Positions 14,849-24,678 of a DNA stretch of 64,000 nt are shown here, piece after piece. Below the pieces are notes generated by a model. It was not told where the DNA came from, ran no database searches, and saw nothing but the letters and a program-made list of their open reading frames with translations. Location of the stretch: positions 434,001 to 498,000 of the forward strand of contig CAXHJY010000001.1 of assembly GCA_964016885.1 (NCBI GenBank), given 5' to 3'. A program made the translations under genes and the position numbers. The stretch comes from Eledone cirrhosa. Lineage: Eukaryota. Position 1 is the first letter of the stretch, and each line of letters begins with the position of its first letter.

Positions 14849-15085
14849 GTGAAAGAAGAGGAAAAAGAGGAGACGAGGGAAGCACCTACTCTTTGTGCTC
14901 CTGAGGAGAAGGGTTGCACATTTTTTCCGGGGTATGTGCGACCCATGTTAATGCCCCCTCCCTATTGAGGACTTCGTTTGTTGTTGTTATTTCATTGTTA
15001 TATTTTTGTACTTGTTAATTATATGTAAACTTCCCCCCTTGTATCTGTCCCTACCTTTTGTGCCCTAGTGGCAAATAAAGAAACC

Positions 15086-15664
15086 ACTCTATATATACTA
15101 TTGTATTTTCACAGTAAAGGCTTTACCTCACATAATATCTCACATAACATTTACATTACTCTATATATACTATTGTATTTTCACAGTAAAGGCTTTACCT
15201 CACATAATATCTCACATAACATTTACATTACTCTATATATACTATTGTATTTTCACAGTAAAGGCTTTACCTCATAATTATATCACATAAGGGTTTTTTA
15301 TATAGGCACAGGTCAGCAATTTTGGGGTAGGGGAACGTCGATTAAATCGACCCCAGTGAGTGACTGGTACTTTATTTTATGAACCCCATAAGGATGAAAG
15401 GCAAAGTTAACCTCGGCGGGATTGAACTAAAATCATAAAGGGCCGTAACTCTATGCGGCAAAGCTTGGCGTCCGACCCTCTACCGATACTGCCAATCCAC
15501 CGCCCTCATAATTATCTCACATAATATCGAATCTATGAGATTTTGATGTTATTTATTTTGAGAACAATACCTTAATATAAGTATGAGTGTCCAGTTACAG
15601 CCAGTTTGAATAGAAAGAGTTGAGAAAATTCTGGCCGAATACAACCGGTTTAAATGCTAAAGGG
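15086..15664 (-). mobile_element. TTAA-type (piggyBac-like) MITE, reverse copy, with ~2.6 internal 72-bp tandem units; cut off on one side by the Tx1 element
   Basis: Ends taaatgctaaaggg|ttaa at 15651-15668. Reverse-complement similarity to the MITEs at 17773 and 22407. The 72-bp unit starts at 15086 and 15158. Confidence 0.8.
15291..15505 (-). mobile_element. tRNA-derived SINE with MetaSINE-like core, nested in the MITE
   Basis: Core gcctttcatccttatgggg..ataaaataaagtaccag on the - strand. Flanked by the near-identical duplication tcataattat(a/c)tcacataa. Confidence 0.75.
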
Positions 15665-15899
15665 TTAATTCTAAATTTGGCACAATTTTTTATGATGAAT
15701 TTTTTACGAGTAAGAGGCCTCATAACATAACTAGCACAGGGCTTCATGTGCCCTAAATCTTGCACTGGTCCAAGCCCATGTTTGCCAATCACTTTTTGAC
15801 TAAACTTTACCCAAACCTCCCTCCTCCTCACCACCATCACCACCACCACCACCACCAAATACCATTGCTATTTGTTTTTTGTTTTAACTTTCTTACCAG

Positions 15900-16100
15900 G
15901 TTTTTCTGCAGCACAAAATAAATTCTCAATAATAGTGTTGGTATCAAATGACAAAAAACACAGAATATGTAAGAAGATTTCCAATCTAGAGAAGACAAAA
16001 GTTATTGATGTGCAATGTTCTAGTCCTGTTAAGGGCAACAAAATCACAATAATTCTGCTGTCAGGACCTAGCCTTAGCATGTGTGAAGTGGAGGTCTTTC
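15900..16100 (+). CDS. Host gene exon A: C-terminal part of an F-type lectin/galactose-binding-like (F5/8C fold) domain
   Basis: Polypyrimidine tract + cag acceptor, gtaagt donor, 201 bp, phase 1-1. Reads ...VQCSSPVKGNKITIILLSGPSLSMCEVEVF, matching the C..P..G..V.I...L.LCEVEV end of fucolectin-type domains. Confidence 0.8.
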
Positions 16101-16204
16101 GTAAGTATATAGATACCTTTATACCTTTAACATAAATCAGGATAGAACCAGTTTAAAACTAGTTAGATCATTACTGAACAGAGTATTTGATACATGGGTT
16201 AGTA

Positions 16205-16480
16205 AGGGTAAAAGGTAAAGAGATCCTTCGGTCACGAATGTCCATAGAATTTGAGTCTAGAAAGTTCCCCTCCAAGGCACAAGTCTAGGCAAGGTTGTTT
16301 TGTAGAAGACCAGCAGTAGCCCATGCATAACAGCCTCCCCTCTCTATGCCACTGATATTGTCCAAGGGAAAGGCAATGGCCGATACAGCTTGGCACCAGT
16401 GACATCGCAACCTATTTCCACAGCTGAGTGAACTGGAGCAACGTGAAATAAAGTGTCTTGCTCAAGAACACAACACAAAG
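16205..16480 (-). mobile_element. SINE fragment (CORE-like domain with (ttacct)-type tail)
   Basis: gtgtcttgctcaagaacacaacac core shared with other SINE copies; aaggtaaaaggtaaag tail. Confidence 0.55.
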
Positions 16481-16719
16481 CCCGCGGTAGTAGAGCATGG
16501 CTATTTTATAAAGAGCAAGAGCTCAGCCAGCATGTCCTTTCTCTTTATAATATACCTTTAACATATATACATATATATTAGGGTGTTTCATATTTATAGG
16601 GAAACAGGTTTTAGTTGAAATCATCTCATGTCGATTATGCTCTGAATTCATTTGACATAAAAGCTACAAAAACACAAACACGAGGAGATACAAAAATATT
16701 TAGGAGTTGCACAGTTTGG

Positions 16720-16970
16720 TGCATTGCCTAGTGGTAAGGGTGTTGGACTTAGAATCATAATGTCATGGGTTCGATTCCTGAGCTGGGTTAGATGTTGTGT
16801 TCTTGAGCAAAACACTTCACTTCACATTGCTCCAGTATACTCAGCTGAAAATGAGTACCAGTAATAGCTGGAGGTTTAACCCTGTGATGGACTGGTGTCC
16901 TGTCCAGGGGGGAATCTTGTACTCCCAGTCGCTTCACGCCATGAAACAGAGATAAGCACCAGCCTAACGA
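16720..16970 (+). mobile_element. tRNA-derived SINE
   Basis: A-box-like gcctagtggtaagg and B-box gggttcgattcc, then cttgagcaaaacactt core; 3' part partly duplicated at 16990-17052. Confidence 0.7.
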
Positions 16971-17149
16971 AAAATATATTGTATTATATAGCTGAAAATG
17001 AGTACCAGTAATAGCTGGAGGTTTAACACTGTGATGGACTGGTGTCCTGTCCAGCGAGGTTGTTGTTGTTACAGCTCACACATATGCAGGTTTAGCTGGC
17101 CTCCTCCAAGGTATATCTCATTGGAGGTGTCTAGGGTAATTTAATGATA

Positions 17150-17312
17150 GGGACCCCAGTCCTATCATTTCATTTCTACAGCTGAGTAAACTGGAGCAAT
17201 GTGAAATAAAGTGTCTTGCTCAAGGAAACAACACATCACCTGGTCCGAGAATTGAACTCACAACCTTTCGATTGCAAGCCAATGCTCTAACCACTAAGCC
17301 ATGTGCCTTCAC
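17150..17312 (-). mobile_element. tRNA-derived SINE, 5' half
   Basis: Reverse complement of the head of the SINEs at 30807, 44222 and 46910. Confidence 0.7.
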
Positions 17313-17772
17313 AGCAAGGTGTCTTGTACTTCAAGTTGCTTCATGCCATGAAACCGAGATAAGCATTGGCCTAACAAGCCTTCTGGTTTAAGACAGACTT
17401 TTTTAGACAGTGTGATGCTTTTCCAATGCCATGCCAAAAAAAAAAAAAATGAATAAGATTTTACTTGTTGATTATAACCAGTTTGAATTTTTGTGCATTT
17501 TCATCCATTTTCATCTATGTTCTTGCAGGAGACAATTCTAAATGAAAAAGAAATGAACCGTAAACTTAAAGTGGAATAAGGGCAGTTTCAGGTGGTTTGG
17601 AATGTAACTTAACAAAGGTTCTTACATGAAATTAGATGGAAGATTTTTAGATAATATAAAGGCTTTGGAATAAACAATTTTGTAGCATAGAACCTGGGGC
17701 AGTTCAGGTGGTTTGGAATATAACTTAACAAAGGTTCTTACATGAAATTATAATGGAATGTAAACAGTTTAA

Positions 17773-18938
17773 CCCTTTAGCATTTAAACTGGCCATATCC
17801 GGCCAGAATTCTCTAACCTCTGTTCAAATCAGCTGCAACTGGCCACTCATACTGATGTTAAGGTTTTCTTCTCAAAATAAATAATATTAAAATCTTGTAG
17901 ATTCAATATTATGTGAGATAATTATGTGAGGTAAAGCCTTTACCATGAAAATACAATAGTAAATACAGGGTAATGTAAATGTTATGTGAGATAATTATGT
18001 GAGGTAAAGCCTTTACCATGAAAATACAATAGTAAATACAGAGTAATGTAAATGTTATGTGAGATAATTATGTGAGGTAAAGCCTTTACCATGAAAATAC
18101 AATAGTAAATACAGAGTAATGTAAATGTTATGTGAGATAATTATGTGAGGTAAAGCCTTTACCATGAAAATACAATAGTAAATACAGGGTAATGTAAATG
18201 TTATGTGAGATAATTATGTGAGGTAAAGCCTTTACCATGAAAATACAATAGTAAATACAGAGTAATGTAAATGCTATGTGAGATAATTATGTGAGGTAAA
18301 GCCTTTACCATGAAAATACAATAGTAAATACAGAGTAATGTAAATGCTATGTGAGATAATTATGTGAGGTAAAGCCTTTACCATGAAAATACAATAGTAA
18401 ATACAGGGTAATGTAAATGTTATGTGAGATAATTATGTGAGGTAAAGCCTTTACCATGAAAATACAATAGTAAATACAGGGTAATGTAAATGTTATGTGA
18501 GATAATTATGTGAGGTAAAGCCTTTACCATGAAAATACAATAGTAAATACAGGGTAATGTAAATGTTATGTGAGATAATTATGTGAGGTAAAGCCTTTAC
18601 CATGAAAATACAATAGTAAATACAGGGTAATGTAAATGTTATGTGAGATAATTATGTGAGGTAAAGCCTTTACCATGAAAATACAATAGTAAATACAGAG
18701 TAATGTAAATGTTATGTGAGATAATTATGTGAGGTAAAGCCTTTACCATGAAAATACAATAGTAAATACAGGGTAATGTAAATGTTATGTGAGATAATTA
18801 TGTGAGGTAAAGCCTTTACCATGAAAATACAATAGTAAATACAGGGTAATGTAAATGTTATGTGAGATAATTATGTGAGGTAAAGCCTTTACCATAAAAA
18901 TACAATAGTAAATACAGGGTAATGTAAATGCTAAAGGG
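17773..18938 (+). mobile_element. piggyBac-like MITE with ~14 internal 73-bp tandem units
   Basis: TTAA|CCCTTTAGCATTTA ... TAAATGCTAAAGGG|TTAA terminal inverted repeats with TTAA duplication. gtaaagcc at 17931, 18004, 18077 gives a 73-bp period. Confidence 0.9.
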
Positions 18939-18974
18939 TTAAAATAAACAGCATTGTCAAAGTGCAGATTGAAA

Positions 18975-19356
18975 TAATTGTTTCTACTGTTGGCACAAGG
19001 CCAGCAATTTGAAGGGAAGGGGGAAAGTCGATTTAAATGACCCCAGTGTGTGACTGGTACTTTATTTTATCGACTCCGTAAGGATGAAAGGCCAAGCTAA
19101 CTTTGGCGGGTTTTGAACTCAGAATGGAAAGGGTCGTAACTCAATACCGCAAAGCATGGTGTTCGACACTCTAACGATACTGCCAATCCACCGCCCTTGA
19201 TTAAAATAATGGTTCCTTATATAGGCACAAGACCCCGTAAGGATGAAAAGCAAAGTTAACCTCGGCGGGATTTGAACTCAGATCATAAAGGGCCATAACT
19301 TTATGCCGCAAAGCATGGTGTTCGATGCTCCACCGATTCTGCCAATCCACTGCCCT
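18975..19356 (-). mobile_element. Two adjacent MetaSINE-like tRNA-derived SINE copies
   Basis: Both end gccaatccac(c/t)gccc on the + strand and carry the aggatgaaag core. Confidence 0.7.
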
Positions 19357-19393
19357 AGATTGAAATAATGACTAAGATTGTTTGTCTTTCTAG

Positions 19394-19528
19394 AATGTCT
19401 CCCTGGATTCTATGGAAGAAATTGTAAAGAAGAGTGCAACAACTGCAGAAAGACATGTGATCAATTGACTGGCAAATGTGTGACTGGATGTAAAGATGGA
19501 TATATTGATGTGAATAACACTTGTAAAG
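19394..19528 (+). CDS. Exon B: laminin-type EGF repeat (CLPGFYGRNCKEECNNCRKTCDQLTGKCVTGCKDGYIDVNNTCK)
   Basis: ttctag acceptor, gtgagt donor, 135 bp, phase 1-1, 8 cysteines. Confidence 0.9.
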
Positions 19529-19529
19529 G

Positions 19530-20215
19530 TGAGTGGTGGTGGGGGTGGAGTGTAGGTGGTTGTCATGGTTATAGTGGGAGTGGAGTGTTGGTGGCTGTCG
19601 TGGTTATAGTGGGAGTGAAGTGGAGTGCAGGTGGTGGTGGAGTGGAGGTGGCTGTCATGGTTATAGTGGGAGTGGAGTGTAGGTGGTGCTGGAGTGGAGG
19701 TGTTGGTGGTGCTGGAGTGTAGGTAGTTGTGATGGTGGTGGAGTGTAGGTGGCTGTTGTGGTTTTAGTGGGAGTGGGGTGTAGGAGGTGGTGGTGACGGT
19801 AGTGGAGTGTAGGTAGTTGTGGTGGTGAGGATGGTGTTGGTGGAGTGTAGGTGGCTGTCGTGGTTATAGTGGGAGGGGAGTGTAGGTGGTGGTGGAGTGG
19901 AGGTGTTGGTGGTGGTGGTGGAGTGTAGGTAGTTGTGCTGGTGGTGGTGAGGATGGTGTTGGTGGAGTGTAGGTGGCTGTCGTGGTTTTAGTGGGAGTGG
20001 AGTGTAGGTGGTGGTGGAGTGGAGGTGTTGGTGGTGGTGAGGATGATGTTGGTGGTGGTGATGGTGTTGGTGGAGTGTAGGTGGTGATGGTGGTGGTGGA
20101 GTGGAGGTAGTTGTGGTGGTGGTGGTGAGGAGGATGCTGTTTTGTTGTTGTTGGTGTGGTGGTGGTGGTGGTGCTGCTGCTGCTGGTGGTAGTGGTAGTG
20201 GTGGTGGTATTGCAT
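19530..20215. repeat. (GGT)n-rich low-complexity tract
   Basis: Degenerate ggtggtggagtgtagg repeats; related tract at 26866-27150. Confidence 0.85.
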
Positions 20216-20622
20216 ATTGTAGTAGGTATTGTTGATGTTGTTTAGCCCCAGGTAAGCCAACATCCAACAGACCTGCCAAGAGTGGTCTCAGATGGTGCTT
20301 GGAACATAACTTAACAAAGGTTGTTAGTATTGTAAGAACAAGGTCCACATCTGGCAGTTTGGTATCAAAAGGGTTAAGATGGTATTTGGAACATAACTTA
20401 ACAAAGGTTGTTAGTATTGTTAGAACAAGGTCCACATCTGGCAGTTTGGTATCGAAACGGTTAAGATGGTATTTGGAACATAACTTAACAAAGGTCCTTA
20501 GTATTGTAAGGGTTGATTAATCCTATTAATCCTTTGTATTCTTACTCAGTTGAACCTCATTTTTTTCACAAATGTTTAGTGAGATAAAAGAGCAGAGGTT
20601 TTCTCATGATCTTTCATTGTAG

Positions 20623-20760
20623 AATGACCAGAGGGGAAATTTGGACCAAACTGTGGCAACACATGCCCCTGTGCTGACAACAGCAGGTGTAACAAACAGA
20701 CAGGTGTGTGTTCAAGTGGAGGATGTGCTGCTGGTTATGAAGGTAGCAACTGTCAGACAG
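20623..20760 (+). pseudogene. Exon C: EGF repeat with an in-frame TGA at the first Cys codon (20625-20627)
   Basis: Intact ag/gtaagt splice sites, 138 bp; otherwise matches exon F, which has TGT there. Confidence 0.8.
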
Positions 20761-20829
20761 GTAAGTGGTGTAGTATAGCTTTTTTTGTAACATAATATAT
20801 TGTGTCCAGACAATAGTAGGTGCTTATCC

Positions 20830-21065
20830 CATTTTTATGGTGTGGAACGACTGAGAGTACAAGACTCCTCCCTGGACAGGACGCCAATCCATCGTGGGGT
20901 CAAAACCCCAGCTATTGCTGGTACTCGTTTTCAGCTGAGTATACTGGAGCAGCGTGAAATGAAGTGTTTTGCTCAAGAATACAACACACAACTCAGCCCA
21001 GGAATCGAACCCATGACATTATGATTGTAAGTCCAACACCCTTACCACTAGGCCACACACCTCCA
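20830..21065 (-). mobile_element. tRNA-derived SINE (duplicated at ~27770-28005)
   Basis: Reverse complement has tggcctagtggtaagg and gggttcgattcc boxes plus the CORE-like segment. Confidence 0.7.
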
Positions 21066-21151
21066 CTATGCATGTGCATCTGTCTGTATAATTGTCTCTT
21101 CTTCTTCTTCATCCTCATGTTTTCTGTTGTTGTTGCTTTATTCCATTGCAG

Positions 21152-21289
21152 TGTGTGCATCTGGTTCATTTGGTCCTAACTGCAAGTATATGTGCCACTG
21201 TGCAGACAACAGTAAATGTAATATAGTGTCAGGGATATGTTCAAGTGGAGGATGTGCAGTTGGTTACAAGGGAAGTAACTGCCAGACAG
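21152..21289 (+). CDS. Exon D: EGF repeat (CASGSFGPNCKYMCHCADNSKCNIVSGICSSGGCAVGYKGSNCQT)
   Basis: ttgcag acceptor, gttagt donor, 138 bp, phase 1-1; missed by the ORF track. Confidence 0.9.
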
Positions 21290-21425
21290 GTTAGTAACCT
21301 ACCACCAGATAGCGTTGTTTACACAACCATCCCTTCATACAACAACACTGTTTAAATGTTGAGAATCAATGAGTCCTTAATTTTTTTTTATATCAAACCA
21401 CATAAGACTGCCCCTGCTTCTAGGG

Positions 21426-21744
21426 CAGGGGCATGTAGCAGGCGGCCCGTGGGCCACAATCCGCCCTGCCAGACCAGTCAAAGTGGCCCGCGGTGACCAT
21501 TTTAAATGTTTACCTTGTAGGCCTATTTACAATTTTTTTCATAACCGTAATACAATTTTCTGTTAGTTGACCTATACTAAAGGGCTTCACTGATAGGGTT
21601 GTGTGTGTTATACTTTCCCAGTTCCATGTTATGGAAAGAAGTTGTGGTGAATCTTCGGAATAGTGCTTAATAAATATTAATAGCCCTAATAATTGTTCCA
21701 ATGTTCAAAAGTGGCCCGCCAATGGAATATGTTGCACACCCCTG
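21426..21744. mobile_element. hAT (Charlie-like) MITE; duplicate at 28364-28682
   Basis: Termini cagggg...cccctg, 8-bp target duplication ttctaggg on both sides, internal ggcccg motifs. Confidence 0.85.
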
Positions 21745-22406
21745 TTCTAGGGTACAAAATTGTTTAGTTTAAAGTGGTTATGTATGTATGTATATATATA
21801 TGTACATATGTACATATGTCAGGTCACCAGTTGGTGCTACTGGTAACATGTATCCCAGTACAACCTGTCTCATGGTCGGGTCGTTGGCGACTGAAATGGT
21901 AACCCCACCAAGGTTTCTTAGTGAGGAGGGTGACTTTGGACATCCTGCAGGACTAAAAACAAAACCTGTGAAAAACAAAACCTGTGAAAGGGCAACGGAG
22001 CTTTTAAGTGTCAATGGCCATCCAAAATCACCGGGAGAGATGACCCCTTAGCCTTTCTCGCAGAATTCTAGGAGAAGGAAAACTCTAATATTACACCTGC
22101 AACCCTGATGGTATCCAATGATGGTATCCACCATGTACATATGTATGTATGTTAAATGGTACAATCAGAACTCATTTAACTGGATAGACAGAAGAAGAAA
22201 CACAGCACTATCCGAAATTATGCTAAATCATAAGGAGGCTAAAACAGAACCAGGTACAGTACTCGTTTTCTTGGCGTATTCTCACAAATGCATTTCCATA
22301 TTTATGCGAATCCTTTTTCATGTGGCTGTGATCTCTGTACAACGGAAGCTCAACACATTATTAATAGGAGACAGGAAGTAATTAACAAAGGCTCTGACCA
22401 CTTTAA

Positions 22407-22619
22407 CCTTTAGCATTTAAACCGGCCATATCCGGCCAGAATTCTCTCACCTTTTTCTGTTCAAACCAGCCGTAACTGGCTGCTCATACTTATGTTAAGG
22501 TATTGTTCTCAAAATAAATAATATCAAAATCTTGTTGATTTGATATTATGTGAGATTATTATGTGAGGTAAAGACTTTACAGAGAAAATACATTACAGAG
22601 TAATGTAAATGCTAAAGAG
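22407..22619 (+). mobile_element. piggyBac-like MITE, short single-unit form; duplicate at 29563-29775
   Basis: ttaa|cctttagcattta...taaatgctaaagag|ttaa; same body as 17773-18938 with one repeat unit. Confidence 0.85.
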
Positions 22620-23379
22620 TTAATACTTGTATGCATAAAATATCTAAAACTTTCCTTAGATTAGATAGTTAACACATTCCATGCTAACTTCCACCTAGAG
22701 CTGAACATAATGACTAAATCTATACATTTAATGCATCCTTACATAGTTACACAAGAATCACCTTCTCTAATAATACACAGCCTGGATATATAGCTATGTA
22801 GTTCAAACAAATAAACAAAGTTCAAGTAAACAAAAAAATAAGTAGATTATTCGAACAAATTCTTTAACATATAGGAACGGGGGTTGGGGTGATGACTGAC
22901 CCCTCTGGTAATTTGATACCTTAACCTACTTAGCATCCCTAGTATGTCAGCAACAATAGCACCTCCTGCTTCATATATGCCTACTAGAATAGCCATCCAA
23001 ACCATATAACAACTGGACAGGAATGCAAACACAACTCTAACCCCCACTCCTTGGTAGCATATCAAAAACAAAATAAAAGAACACAAATTTCAACTTGTCT
23101 GAAGAGAACATGTCAGAAAGTTATTATGCAACCGCTCTGACATCTTCGAAATACGTATAACAGAATTATGTAATAAACAGAAGTTGTACACTGTAAATGT
23201 GGTTGGTGTTAGGAAGGGCCTCCAGGGGTAAAAAAACCTACCAAAGACAGTTCTGTACAAGCAAGACACGGTCTCCAGACCAATCTCACCTCAAGTGGAA
23301 CAAAACCATCTAATCCAGACTAGTGTGGAAGATGGATGTTAAACAATGATGATGATGATGATGATAACCATGATGATGA

Positions 23380-23733
23380 TCATCATCATCATTTTACGTC
23401 CGCTTTTCCCTGCTTGCAAGGGTGGGACGGGTCCTATACAGCACAGCATCTCTCCATTCATCACAGTCCTTCGTCATCTCCTCCATGAGCTTCAGCAATC
23501 TGAGGTCAGATCTCACCACCTCCGTCCATGATTTTCGTTGTCTTCCTCTACTGCATCTTCTTTCTACTGGGATTTCTTGGCACTTCTTTACCCAGCAGTC
23601 ATCCTCCATGCGCATCATATGTCCATACCAACGCAGTCTTCTCTCCCACACACTACAGCTTATCCCTATTATACACAATTTCTTTCTCAACTCGTCTATG
23701 CTTGCTCATTCATGCACATTGACATTGCGCATC
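23380..23733 (-). mobile_element. RTE-clade LINE 3' fragment
   Basis: RRLRWYGHMMRMEDDCWVKKC..GRQRKSW; (gat)n tail; flanked by caatgatgatgatgat on both sides. Confidence 0.85.
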
Positions 23734-23910
23734 CAATGATGATGATGATATATAGTATTGAGGCATTATTTTGCTGCTGGATGCCCTTCTTGATGCCAAA
23801 CTATTTTAGGCTCTTTCTACAACATGCAGGGTTATAGAGTTACTATTGTAAATGGGATACACTCAAAGGATGAAAGATAACAACTCTGAAATTTGAATTA
23901 ATTAAACTCA

Positions 23911-24482
23911 CCGTATTTCCCGGCGTCAAAGACGCTACTTTTACTAAAATAAGTCTCAAAAATCTACCATGCATCCTGGAGGCCGAAAGTTGTTTATTAT
24001 TTTTCTTCAAAGGGCGGTGAATTGGCAGTATCGGTAGAGGGTCGGACGCCATGCTTTGACGCATAGAGTTACAGCACTTGCCATTCTGAGTTCAAATCCT
24101 GCCAAGGTTAACTTTGCCTTTCATCCTTACGGAGTCGATAAAATAAAGTACCAGTAATGTACTGGGTGATTGCTGGCCTTGTGCCAATAGTAGAAACAAT
24201 TATTTTTCTTCAAATTCAAAGAGCGGTGGATTGGCAGTATCGGTCTGACGCCATGCTTTGCAGCAAAGAGTTACGTCCCTTTATGGTCTGAGTTCAAATC
24301 CCGCCGAGGTTAACTTTGCCATTCATCCTTACGGGGTCGATAAAATAAAGTACCAGTAATACACTGGGATAATTGCTGGCCTTGTGCCAAAAGTAGAAAC
24401 AATTATTTTTTTTCAAATTTTTGGTTGTCAGAATTAGGGTGTGTCCTCGAGGACGAAGTGTCTTCGGCGTCAGGAAATACAG
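23911..24482. mobile_element. pogo/Tigger-like MITE containing two MetaSINE-like copies (24011-24205, 24220-24410)
   Basis: Termini ccgtatttcc ... ggaaatacag(ta); SINE copies begin g(g/a)gcggtg(a/g)attggcagtatcgg. Confidence 0.6.
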
Positions 24483-24510
24483 TAATTACATATTGAAGTT
24501 GTTTTCTCAG

Positions 24511-24648
24511 GATGTGCCCATGGCATGTTTGGTGTCAACTGTGTGAAGAAGTGCCACTGTCTGAATAATGGCAAATGTTACTCTGACAATGGTATCTGCA
24601 TCAATGGAAGGTGCTCACCTGGTTACAGGGGACACAGCTGCCAGTCAA
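24511..24648 (+). CDS. Exon E: EGF repeat (CAHGMFGVNCVKKCHCLNNGKCYSDNGICINGRCSPGYRGHSCQS)
   Basis: ttctcag acceptor, gtaagt donor, 138 bp, phase 1-1. Confidence 0.9.
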
Positions 24649-24678
24649 GTAAGTTTTTATCTGTTTACCCTTTAGAGA

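Larger units (their letters stand above)
10801..15085 (+). mobile_element. Tx1/L1-clade non-LTR retrotransposon, 5' end missing or interrupted by the satellite
   Basis: ORF1 3' part, 21-bp spacer, EN-RT-Zn ORF2, then ~235-bp 3' UTR ending gcaaataaagaaa. Visibly GC-richer than the flanks. Confidence 0.93.
20130..23090 (+). repeat. Segmental duplication copy 1 (exons C and D with introns); partner at ~27066-30246
   Basis: Near-identical sequence at offset ~6939 bp, including nested MITEs and SINEs; similarity ends at aaaagaacacaaattt. Confidence 0.95.

Noticed and set aside
19764-20435. Pro/His/Thr-rich ORFs on the - strand (also 26666-27374)
   Set aside because: Translations of (GGT)n low-complexity intron sequence.
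20625-20627. TGA at a Cys position read as selenocysteine
   Set aside because: It is a structural EGF disulfide position, the very recent duplicate has TGT, and no SECIS is visible in the window.
21819-22130. Possible LINE 5' UTR fragment flanked by atgtacatatgt (longer copy at 28753-29290)
   Set aside because: It looks like an insertion, but without coding motifs or clear termini the family cannot be supported from the sequence alone.
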